Below, piece by piece: positions 38,301-49,000 of a DNA stretch of 64,000 nt. The stretch comes from Octopus vulgaris (Eukaryota), in assembly GCA_951406725.2 (NCBI GenBank), contig OX597822.1, forward strand, positions 63,178,001 through 63,242,000. Reading direction: 5' to 3'. The stretch's first letter is position 1, and every line of letters begins with the position of its first letter. Below the pieces are notes generated by a model, which was given only the letters and a program-made list of their open reading frames with translations, was not told the origin of the DNA and searched no databases. A program made the translations under genes and the position numbers.

Positions 38301-41300
38301 GTAAACAGCTGTAACTAAATTAGACAAAGTATTTTGTTTAATGCTCTAACAATTCTGCCAATCCACCACCCTTTGTAAGATATTAACCCTCACTACACTC
38401 CCATCCATGGAGTCCCCAGTTTGCAGATAGGGGAATGAGCCTGTCGATATATAGGTTAATTATGAATACTCAATAAGCAGTCTCAGACAAAATCACTGGT
38501 TGGTCTTTGGCAAAGCATAGAACCCATTAGCCACCCTGCCAGTGTCTCGGTGATATCCTGAAGCCCTGAAAAGCATGCACAAATGCTATTATCATTGGAA
38601 AGTAGGATGGTAGTAGGGAATGAAATGCAAAACATAAAAAATACTTTGTCTTTAGATTTCTTCCCACTTTGTAGAACAAATGACACTTTTATGAATCTGG
38701 GAAACCCATCAGTTTGATGGGCACTGCAATTGTCTACAGGACCAGTGACCATAGACGAGAAATTATCAATCAAAAGACATTCTATGACTTGCATTAACCT
38801 CAGAAATTCATCCTGCATCTCTCATAATGCAGGATGGAGATGGACGACATGTGCAGGTTGAAAATGCCTGAACAAACTTGATACAGGAATGGAATATACT
38901 TAATTCCATGCATGTGTACTTGAGACATGGGAACTGAGTTAACTAATTTTTGATAGGGTGGGGTACTTTCCAGAATGTTATACATTTCACATGAAGTACA
39001 CACATTTTATTTTAACAAATTAATTCAATATTTGTAAAAATTTAACCAGCATAAGACCACACTTTCTGGAGAAACTGCAATCAATGAGATTCACTCCACC
39101 CCAATACTAGAATGATGCTTATTTTACTCTGAAAGATCTGTAGAAAGTCCAATATTGCACTATATGTATTTTTTTCCCCCCACTAGATTCGACTTTTCTA
39201 CCAAACAAGGAATGTCATAATTTTTTAGATGTCAAAATTATTTTTTCAAATCCGAACTAATTTAGTGTTTCAGAGAAAAATAAATCAGAATTTAATAAAC
39301 ATGACGTTCCAAAAATTATTAAAATTAAAATAAATATTATCTTGCTGTTAATATACATATTTAGTAGTCAAAAATAGATCTGTGTTATTGTATTCGCCTT
39401 GTAGCTATTAAAAGAAAGCCAGGTACCAGATACAATAGCAGCATTGAAAGCTATTCCTTTTCTGCTCTAGACACAAGGCCTGAAATTTTGTGGGAGAGGG
39501 CCAGTCGATTAAATCGACCCCAGTATGCAACTAGTACTTAATTTATCAACCCCAAAAGGATGAAAGAGAAAGTCGACCTTGGCGGAACTGGAACTCAGAT
39601 AAAGACAGACGAAATACTGCTCAGCATTTTGCCCAGCTTTCTAACGTTTCTGCCAGATTGCCGCCTTATTGAAAACTATTCCGAAAAAGATTTCAAAATA
39701 TAGGTGTATCTTATGCACGAATATATCTTATATGACAGTTAATATTGTAAGTGTCAATCACATAAGAGTACTTCAGATTTAGTTTAATGTGTTACTTACT
39801 TCATCAAAGTCTCCACGCACGACATGAACATCACTAGCTAATGTCTTCAGGTAATCAAATGATTCTTTTGTACATAGATTACCTGTACATAAAATATGCT
39901 GAATCTTGCCAGGTACCAAAAGTTTCTTAAATCTATTAGGCATGCTATTGCAGCGATGTGGAATGTGCAAATCACCAAGAACTAGCACCAACTGCAAAAG
40001 AAAAAGACAAGCAAGCAAATGTAATTACATATACAGAGAATTATTGCAACATATGGTGAATACATATTAAGACAAAGAGAAACATAACTAATTTTTAACT
40101 GGGTATGAAAAATATGCTTAGGGGAGGGAAAATAGGATGTTGCATCTCTCATACTGTCTTCATTCATTCAACGTCCATCTTTCCCTGACAGCATGGATTT
40201 GGACAGAGCATTATTTGAGGTAGTGTTTTATGAAAAGATACTCTTCCTGTTGCCAACACTTACTCTACTCTTTTACTTGTTTCAGTCATCTGACTGTGGC
40301 CATGCTGGAGCACCGCCTTTAGTCAAGCAAATCGACCCCAGGACTTATTCTTTGCAAGCCTAGTACTTATTCTATTGGTCTCTTTTTGCCAAACTGCTTA
40401 GTTACGGGGGACATAAACACACCAGCATCGGTTGTCAAGCGATGTTGGGGATAAAAAACACAGACACACATACATATATACAATGGGCTTCTTTCAGTTT
40501 CCGTCTACCAAATCCACTCACAAGGCTTTGGTCGGCCCAAGGCTACTGTAGAAGACACTTGCTCAGGTGCCACGCAGTGGGACTGAACCCGGAACTATGT
40601 GGTTGGTAAGCAAGCTACTTACCACACAGCCACTCCTACGCCTATAGTTTCCATCTCTCAAATTCCCTCACAAGGAATTGGTCAGGCAGGGACTATAATA
40701 GAAAACACTTACCCAAGGTACAAGATTTATTGGCAATACAAATCAAGTAAAATGATTCTCAACCATGTAGTGAATCTGACCTACAGTTAGCGTACACTGT
40801 TTTTATAGTATTTGCCACAACACCACCAAAACATTCTCCAGAAAACAAACATTCTTTCTAGTTTAGGACTTTGTCCATCAGCCAGTTTAATACCAACCCC
40901 TGATCTTTGGGTGCCTTTAACAGAGTCCACTTTGTTGCAAGTCTTCAGTCCAGATCTCTGACCAAAGGATCGCTACTTCCCTTTTTTTCTGTCACTTTCA
41001 AAGAACCCGAAGATGGTCATGGGAGCTGGCTGCTCTTTCTCTTTTGACCGTGAGCTCTCCTGTCATAGACCACAGATGAGGGTTCTGCAAAACCTTGCTG
41101 AACAACCCCACAGGCGATTTATTTATAGTGATCAAATGTTTGTGCTATATATTAGGTCACTCTGTCTGTCAAATCAATATTGCTTAAACAGGTACACAGT
41201 ATGCTACACATCAGATGTCAAAGTGATAGGGCAAGACTTCCGCCCGTCCCCACCCAAAAACCACCCTTTAAAAAAAATTTATTTTTTCAATACAAACCCC

Positions 41301-44300
41301 ACCTTTCAGCTACGGGGAATACGAATCGCAAAAAAAATTGGCAAAAATCAACATTTCTAAATTACAACCCCCCCCCCCCCCCTCCTTCATTTTAACTTTT
41401 TTCACAATTTTTTTTCAAAATATGCGAAAGTATATGGATTCTGAAAAAAATTTCCACAAATCTTTGTAAAATTTTTTTTTAAGAATTTTTTTTTCTAAAT
41501 AAGCGGAAAAATACAGATATCATGATTTAGACAAAAATTTCAAAACATTTCTGTACTTACGGTTACGGTTTTAGGGTTAGTGTTGGGGAAAAAAATTAAA
41601 ATTGAAGAAGTTGGCAGGGAAAAGGGGAGCAAAATTTCACAATGCCGATTTTTAGCAATTTTCCAAAATTTCCATATCCGCAAACTGGGATTTTTGGCAA
41701 AAAAAATTACAAAAATAAACAAATTTGGGAAAAAATGGGAGAGGGATGGGCAGAAGTCCTTCCAGTGATAGCAGAGCAACATGAAATGAAATGTTTTGCT
41801 CAATAACACAATTCATAATCTGACCCAGGAATTGAAACCACAATAATGTAATTGTGAGTGCAACACCCTAATCACTAGGCCATGGTCGTTCTGACTAAGC
41901 CATTAAAAAAGTGCTCAACGAGTTTAATCTTTCTCCTCTCTCTATTACATTGCTATGATAAAGCACCAGAAGTTTTGCGATATCATCATCATTTTAATGC
42001 TCACTTTTCCATGCTTGCTGAAGTTTACTGAGGTAGATTTTCTATGACTGGGTGTTCTTCCTGTTGCCAATCCTCACCTGTTTCCAAGCATGTGCAGAAT
42101 ATTGGAAATAAATGACACTACTGACATGACAGTGATGTGTATTTTACAACTTATTATGCAGTATCAAGACAAGGAGACAAAGGTATACACTTGCATGCAT
42201 ACACATATACATACATAGAACAGGTTTCTTTCAGTGTCCATCCACCAAATCCACTTACAATACTCAGGGCTCTAGCAGAAGACACTTGCCCAAGGTGCCA
42301 TGCATTGGGGCTGAACCCAAAACCATGTAGTTGAGAAGCAAACCTCTTACCCATGCAGGCATGGCTGCATCAATAAAATATATATATTTAGAGTCAGAGT
42401 TATGATCTTTATCTGACTGAAGAGGCACATTCATGCTGAAACATCAGGGTCTCAGAGTCAGCTACATCACTGACTTGTGTGTTGTCAGCACACATCATCT
42501 AAAGGGAGAAGGTGTTCTCTTAAAACAAAACCCAACAGCGAATAGTATGTTCAAATTCAAATCTGCCGAAATGTGTTAAGCAGCTCCTTTTCAACAAGAA
42601 CCTGCTCTGTCCTATCCCCTACTCACATGATTTAACCCTCGTCTACAAGCATAAAGTCACCTATCCTTGGTGCTGGTAGCACAAGAAAGCACCCAGTACA
42701 CATTGTAAAGTGATTAGTGTTAGGAAGGACATCCAGCCATAGGAACCATGCCAAAGCAGACACTGGGGCTAGGAGCAGTCCTCTGGATCACCAGCTTATG
42801 TTGAACTGTCCAACCCATACCAGCATAAAAAACAGGCATTAAATGATGATGATATGTGTGTATACGTTGTGTGTGTGTGTGTGTGTGTGTAAATATATAT
42901 TTCTTTCAATAAAAAGGAAAAAATTATTTTAAAGATGCTTCAGTTTATAAGACTCTGTGGTCTGATGTATGTTGAGAAATCTATGTTCTGAGAGATGTTG
43001 AAACCATGTACAAGGGTTCTGTGCATTACCAAAGTTAGGACTGGTGATGATGTCGGTGAGAAAGTTAGTGAAAAGGCAAAAGTTTACAGAGATCTATTCT
43101 CAGTCATCCTCTTTTTCACCACAATGCCAAGGAAAATGGCAGGAATTCACAAGATGTACTTAAGAACTTTTATATATAGATAGCTTACACTGTAAAATTC
43201 TATTAAAGAGTTGCAGAAAAAAGTTCCAAAGCTGGAGGTAAAGGCGAAGAGTCTAAAGGTCTAAAGTTAATGTGGCAAAAAGCAAGATGTTAGTTAATAA
43301 CAAAGAGCACACAATCTACTTGGAACTAACTTTACTCAGTATGGATAGAGTGTAAGAACTTAATACTGTGTGTTTAGCACATATGCTGAGACCCCCTTTG
43401 GTCATGAATGACCATGGGATTGCACCTAGAAAGTTACCCTCCCAGGCACGAGTCCGGGCAAGGTTGTTGATGGAAGACCAGCAGTCCCTTCTCCACGCCA
43501 CCAGTGTTATCCAAGGGAAAGGCAAAGAGGCTGATACAGCTTGGCACCTGTGACGTCGCAACGCATTTCTACAGCTGAGTGAACTGGAGCAACATGAAAT
43601 AAAGTGTCTTGCTCAAGAGCGCAATATGGTCTGGCATTCAAACTCACAACCTCACAATCGTAAGCTCAATGCTCTAACCACCAAGCCATGTAGCTTCACA
43701 TTTAGGACATGAAAGTTTATAAAGTTGTTTTTCTTTTTTAGCACATATAACAAGTACACAAAAGGTGCAGCAGTACAGAGGGAGAATAAATATTTTAGAT
43801 GTGCTATTTTAGCTGTTTAGCCACAGGTCAACCTTGATCAAGTGGACTTATAACTGAAAGCATTCAAGTCATAGTCATCCTGCTATTTTATGAATGTCTG
43901 AGATTACATTATTCTCTTTCTTTTTTTCCTTATTTTAGAGAGTAAGACATGGGTTTTAGTAAGATTAGGCTGTTATTTCTAGTAGAACAAGTAACCACAT
44001 AGAGTCTTCCTCAATGATTAGCAGGAGGAGCATCATTCAACTAGAAGATTGCTGTAGTAGTTTCTGTTATCTAAGTGTTATCTAAGTGCTGAAGGTGAGT
44101 GTAGTGTAGATGTAGGAAAAGAAAGGATAGAAGGCATTTGAGGAAAAACTATATGAAGCATTTGTAAAATGTATGATGCTGGTTGGTAATGAATCATAAG
44201 CAATTTCTGTGGAAACTCTGTAGAGTGTACAGAGAAATTAGTTTTGAGTGTGATAAATTGATTGTGCAATGTTAATTTGCATAAAAATCATAGCACAAAT

Positions 44301-45735
44301 GAGTTGAGGGCAGCTGGACATTAAATGGTATCAGATAGTGAGTGTAGGACATATAATGCATTGGTGCAGGCAATTAATGATTGAAAAAATACTATGTGCA
44401 GTATGGTTAGATATAAAAACGTTATGCCCTGCAAGCAAGATGGTACAAGATTAAGAGGATTCTGTGTAGCAGACCTATCCAACCCATATCAACATGGAAA
44501 TATGGTTGTTAAAATGATAATGATGATGTGTCTACATCTTTCAATGATCATTAAAGATAACAATATTTATGATAATTTTTTTGTGTATTCACATTAAGAT
44601 TATCTAAGTATGAAATGCTCAAAGAGTCCAGCCTGCCATCATATGTTGTGAGACATGATTTCCTTAAAATCATTAATAGAATGTTACTGAATATTATGCT
44701 AAGACATTATATCAAACTTTACCATTTCAAATTTGAATAATTAGCACTGCTGATTTTTAATAGGAACTTGTTAGGGATTACGATACCTCCTTACAGTCGA
44801 AACAGAAATAGTATTTGTGAACTTTTCGCCAATATTAGACATTAGAACGATAAATAGGGCAGGTCAAATAATAAAGATTGAGGAAAAAAACTTTAATACT
44901 TTATTCAATTTAGATTGCACTTATCAATTATTGTTTGACTTTTGCTACATAGGAAAATGATAAAACAATAACTTACACAACTAATATTTTATAGTTGGAC
45001 ATGTTTTTGCTAAATATTTGGAAATTAGTTTGTATGTGCTTAAATGAAAATCTTTCAGAGTTTTGTTACATATTTCCATTTTTCCGGTTTCAGAATGTAA
45101 GTGCAAAGTGCAGTTTGTCTTTAAAATGCCCTACGAAATTCTGAATTGGGAAATTTTTAGAAATAGATTAATTTCTGTAAGTTTTCCCTAGAATATACCC
45201 TAAAAACTAATTGTTGATCACATTTCCCCATTTAACAGCATAAACTCGCACAGACTGAATTAGTATATAAAAAGAAACACGACAATAAGAGGAAAACTAA
45301 CTTTATAATCAAAAATAGAATATATTGATCACATCGAGATGATTTTAAGTATATTCTATTGCTCTATTTAATACCAGAACCCTTTGGAACCAAGTAGCTC
45401 ATTTTATTCTGTTCGTTTTCTTGACATTTGTTTATCGTCTTCTGAATCGTAACTACATGACTCAAACCAAACAATACTTCCGGAAAAGACTTAACAAAAT
45501 TATCTAATTAGATGAGCAAGAATTAAGGGCTTTGTAATACATAGCTTTGCATATTTACAATGGAATATACTGACTATATACTAGAGGGTCAAACTACGGG
45601 ATAAAAATGATACAAAGTAGAGGTCTTAGAACACACGCCCACCAAACAATCTAAACAACCCAAGACTACATTCCTTTTAATCAATATTTATGACAAAACA
45701 TCGTTTAAATAAAGAAGACAAAAACTACTTACCAT
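32259..45735 (-). CDS. VPS29: Vacuolar protein sorting-associated protein 29 (retromer subunit), 182 aa; complement(join(32259..32376,35378..35613,39800..39991,45733..45735))
   Basis: M|[13 protein letters not shown]...CTGNLC...VRGDFDE|[29 protein letters not shown]...ISGHTH...[10 protein letters not shown]|..PSFVILDI...[10 protein letters not shown]; 549 nt; first coding exon is just ATG, as in human. Confidence 0.97.
35378..35613 (-). CDS. VPS29: VPS29 coding exon 3
   Basis: [10 protein letters not shown]...GAYNPLE; TTGCAG acceptor, GTATAT donor. Confidence 0.96.
35933..36381. mobile_element. Inverted dimer of a tRNA-headed, hammerhead-bearing short retroelement, nested in a family A SINE
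   Basis: 14-bp TSD TATAAAGACTGTCT (35919-35932 / 36382-36395); inverted arms ~35966-36096 / 36252-36381; tRNA-like head 36229-36157 (-); hammerhead motifs at 36013-36056 (-) and 36291-36338 (+). Confidence 0.8.
36942..36984 (-). ncRNA. Minimal type I hammerhead ribozyme (core intact)
   Basis: CTGTG-CTGATGA-AGGGAAATAACACG-GAAA-TCGCG-ATA^CACAG; stem I CUGUG/CACAG, palindromic stem III ATCGCGAT; stem II has one mismatch. Confidence 0.7.
37295..37337 (+). ncRNA. Hammerhead ribozyme copy with C3U mutation
   Basis: CTGTG-tTGATGA-AGAGAAATAACCCA-GAAA-TTGCG-ATA^CACTG. Confidence 0.55.
37510..38220 (-). mobile_element. Decayed RTE LINE 3' region
   Basis: Minus-strand fragments [15 protein letters not shown] and [11 protein letters not shown]...DAILKWTCP resemble an RTE ORF end; related tail at 55990-56133. 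Confidence 0.55.
39800..39991 (-). CDS. VPS29: VPS29 coding exon 2
   Basis: [64 protein letters not shown]; TTGCAG / GTAAGT. Confidence 0.97.
41230..41763. mobile_element. Merlin-like MITE
   Basis: GG-terminal TIRs GGCAAGACTTCCGCCCGTCCC / GGGATGGGCAGAAGTCCTTCC with a perfect 8-bp TSD AGTGATAG (41222-41229, 41764-41771). Confidence 0.75.
42412..42456 (+). ncRNA. Minimal type I hammerhead ribozyme (core intact)
   Basis: TCTGA-CTGAAGA-GGCA cattca TGCT-GAAA-CATCAGG-GTC^TCAGA; stem I 5 bp, stem II 4 bp, very short stem III. Confidence 0.65.
43378..43697 (-). mobile_element. tRNA-derived SINE, family D
   Basis: Minus head CATGGCTTGGTGGTTAGAGC...GAGTTTGAATGCC, then CTTGAGCAAGACACTTTATTTC; related copy at ~41100-41880. 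Confidence 0.65.
45733..45735 (-). CDS. VPS29: VPS29 first coding exon (ATG only)
   Basis: Minus: AAG ATG|GTAAGTAG; phase 0 to TTG GTG CTA. Confidence 0.85.
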
Positions 45736-46002
45736 CTTAGAAATAAATGAAAGCAACGGAGCTAAATGGAATCGGAATTGATGGATAAATAAACAAACGT
45801 ATTAGGTTTCCTTTAAAAAGTCCACCAGCACCTGACGATAGAAACCAACACCTGACTTACCAACAAGTTGCTTAGATACGACGATTATGATTGGCTGGCA
45901 TTCCGGAATCTAACCAATTGGAAATGTTTATAACGTCGAAGGAAATTTTGACGTGAAACGAAAGGAAGCGCGGAATTTCATGTACAATTGAATGAGACCA
46001 GC
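45736..46002. promoter_or_regulatory. Bidirectional promoter / 5' UTRs of VPS29 and RAD9
   Basis: 267 bp between divergent ATGs; relatively CpG-rich; ATTGG 45890, palindromic ATTCCGGAAT 45900, CCAATTGG 45914, TGACGT 45949, E2F-like GCGCGGAA 45968. Confidence 0.8.
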
Positions 46003-46042
46003 ATGAATATGTCCTGTACCATTCCTGGTAATAATATAAAAG
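46003..46042 (+). CDS. RAD9A: RAD9 exon 1 (alternative ATG at 46009)
   Basis: MNMSCTIPGNNIK, cf. human MKCLVTGGNVK; G|GTAATG. Confidence 0.85.
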
Positions 46043-49000
46043 GTAATGATACAATGTTTGGATATAAATCTATTGAATAGATATTATATATTAGTGACCA
46101 ATGCTGTTGTTTGCAATGTTAAGGAGCGTTTTAAGTTTCGTTTAGAATTATAATTCTGATTAAAACATTGTTTATGTATAAACTATGAAAAGTAACAAAA
46201 TAAAATATTTTAATAAATCACCACCGCATTATTGTGATTTAAAAAAAAAATTAAAATATTAATTGTGGTCATCTTAAATTTTCAGTTTTTGCGCGTGCCA
46301 TTCATTCTTTGGCAAAGATTGGAGAAGAATTATACATTGAGCAACTGGATGATGGGGTTAGTATCCAGCTATATCATAAAATAACATTGTTATCATATAA
46401 AAATCGTCTTTATATCTTTATATATAAATATATATATAAGTTTTTCTTTGACGTTTCTATTAAACTTTCTCGGCGAAACACACCAAGGGAAGTAACTCTG
46501 ACATTTTCACCATTTGATTGACATGCTAGAAATAGCTTCTTAATCCCTTTAAATCATTCGATCGTTTACAATAATGTTACAAAAGGGTGGTTGTGGAGAT
46601 ATAGGACAACGGAGTGTTAAACATACAACAGAACGGAATAATCACTCTGGAATGCTTTCTATCATATGTCTGCTTAATCAGAGCTGACCTCAGACTAACA
46701 ACGACGCCCAAATATAATACACAAATTCTCAATAATACGACTGCATGAGCTCATGTTTACCTGTGTCTGTGCATGTATGTATGTGTGTAAATGGATTGGC
46801 TATTTGTTTCACTGGAAGTTGTCGAATGATGATGAGACCCCAATAAAGGTCGATATCGATTAAGGTTTTCATCATTTTTTTTTTTCAATCTACTGAGAAA
46901 TAAGTAAGTTTGACATGTGTACTACGTAGGTTTACACACACATCAACCGTTTATTTTCATTCCTGTAGAATTTTGACAACTTTCGAAAACCAGCATTAAC
47001 AACACATTAGATAATGTTCTCGTTACCCCTCAAAAGTCAGAGTGGTCGTAATTGGAATGCCTCTGATCATAGGTCAGCTGGATGTCACGGTTGACCTGGA
47101 ATTAAACTGTAGCAACCAATGGTCATGAGGAGTCTGTACTTGGTCTGTTGACATGCTAGAAATAGCAGACAAATCTCCTTCAAATCACACGCTACCATCT
47201 TAATACCAGGAAGAACATTGGTTAATATAGTCCTAGGTGTGGATTGAATTAGATTGCCCATGTCCAGTCTATTACAGAATGGCAGTCTCAGTATTTTCTC
47301 TCCACCAGCGACTCTGATGCAGAGGCCATGAATTTGAGATTGAGATCATATTGGTTTGATGAGCCTTCTCTGCCACACTGGTTCAACATGGCTTGGCAGA
47401 GGGATGCAGTTTTTATACTCATACCCAGGAGTAGTTACATAAGTTATGTCAGCCCCAGTGCTCAACTGGTATTTATTTTATTGACTCCAAAAGGATGAAA
47501 AGCAAAGTCAAACTTTGGTGGGATTTGAACTCAAAACATAAAAACAGATGAAATACTGCTAAGCATTTCACCCAGCATGCTAACAATTCTGCCAGTACAC
47601 TGCCTATTGTCCTAGATGTTCAATCCTTTAATAAGATGGGATGATCATGGTTGGAGGGCTTTTGAACAGAGACTAATCTGAAGCTTAGCAACAATTACTG
47701 AATATTAATGTATTATATAAACTTCTATAATTATGAATCAACCTGATGGTTAATGTCATCATCACCATGTAAAAGGCACCATTCAAGTGTGGTCAATGCC
47801 AGTACTGCTTGACTGGCCCTCGTGCTGGTGGCACATAAAAAGCACCCACTACACTTTCGGAGTGGTTGGTGTTAGGGAGGGAATCCAGCTGTAGAAAGAG
47901 ATCAGATTGGAGCCTGGTACAGCCTTCTGGCTTGCCAGTCCTCAGTCAAACCAGCATGGAAAGCGGATGTTAAACAATGACAATGATGATGACGTAATAC
48001 TTAAATACATAAACATCAATTACCACATCCTTTTAGGTTTTCCTTTCAGGTTGATTTCAACCAATCTATTTTCTAATAATCTTCAGGTGGTCTGTGCTTT
48101 TATGCACATCTTTTGATGGTTAAATCTGAATTCACTGAGAGTTTTAGAATTTAATGTTTCTCATTTTAATATCAATACATTTTTCAGGATGATAACTTTT
48201 AAAAATATGAATAACTAGCAGTATCGCCCGGCGTTGCTCGGGTTTGTAAGGGAAATAACTATATAAGCATTTTTAGAAAGTTACTTCCTTCATAGATGCC
48301 AATTCGGGCTTTCTTTGCCATTTCTGTTTTGGTGTCTTCAAGCCATGAAGTCGTTGTTCTAAAAGAACGCTGGTCTCCTTGACAACGCATTACGACGTTG
48401 ATTTCCTTAAACTCCCTTCCCCACAGCTTCACGAGGGAGGGAAGAAGGGGGAGAAGCAAACACAGGTGCAGGTGTTTGAGCGTGGACGCCAACTCCACCG
48501 CCATCGACACACGAAAAATTATGCATTAAAATGGAATAAAAAATGATGTTAAATTATTTTTAAAATCGTAGACGCGTGCTAATAGCCAGACGGGCTTGAT
48601 ATTAATCACGACTATAAGATACCCGAATTTGGTTAAACGGCACCGCAAAATGTGGGAGGAGTTAGGAATCTAAATCGTAGGAGACAGACACTCACACAAC
48701 TACAGTTTTATATATATAGATATAAGAACCGAATTTAAATTCCTTTCTTATCAAAATTTATATTTTTATTGTCTTAATTTCAGTTGTATTTGAAGACAGT
48801 CAATTCTTCTCGATCAGCCTTTGCTAGTTTCCAGTTTAATCCCAAATTCTTTATCCAGTATTTGTGTGACTATCATAGCAACAATGATAACTTAGACAAT
48901 GCCAAAGATGAACCACTTCGCTGTAAAATATCAATAAAGGTGAGAAAATTGACTTTGTTTTGTTCATTTTCTTTTATCTTTATTTTAATTGATACAGTCA

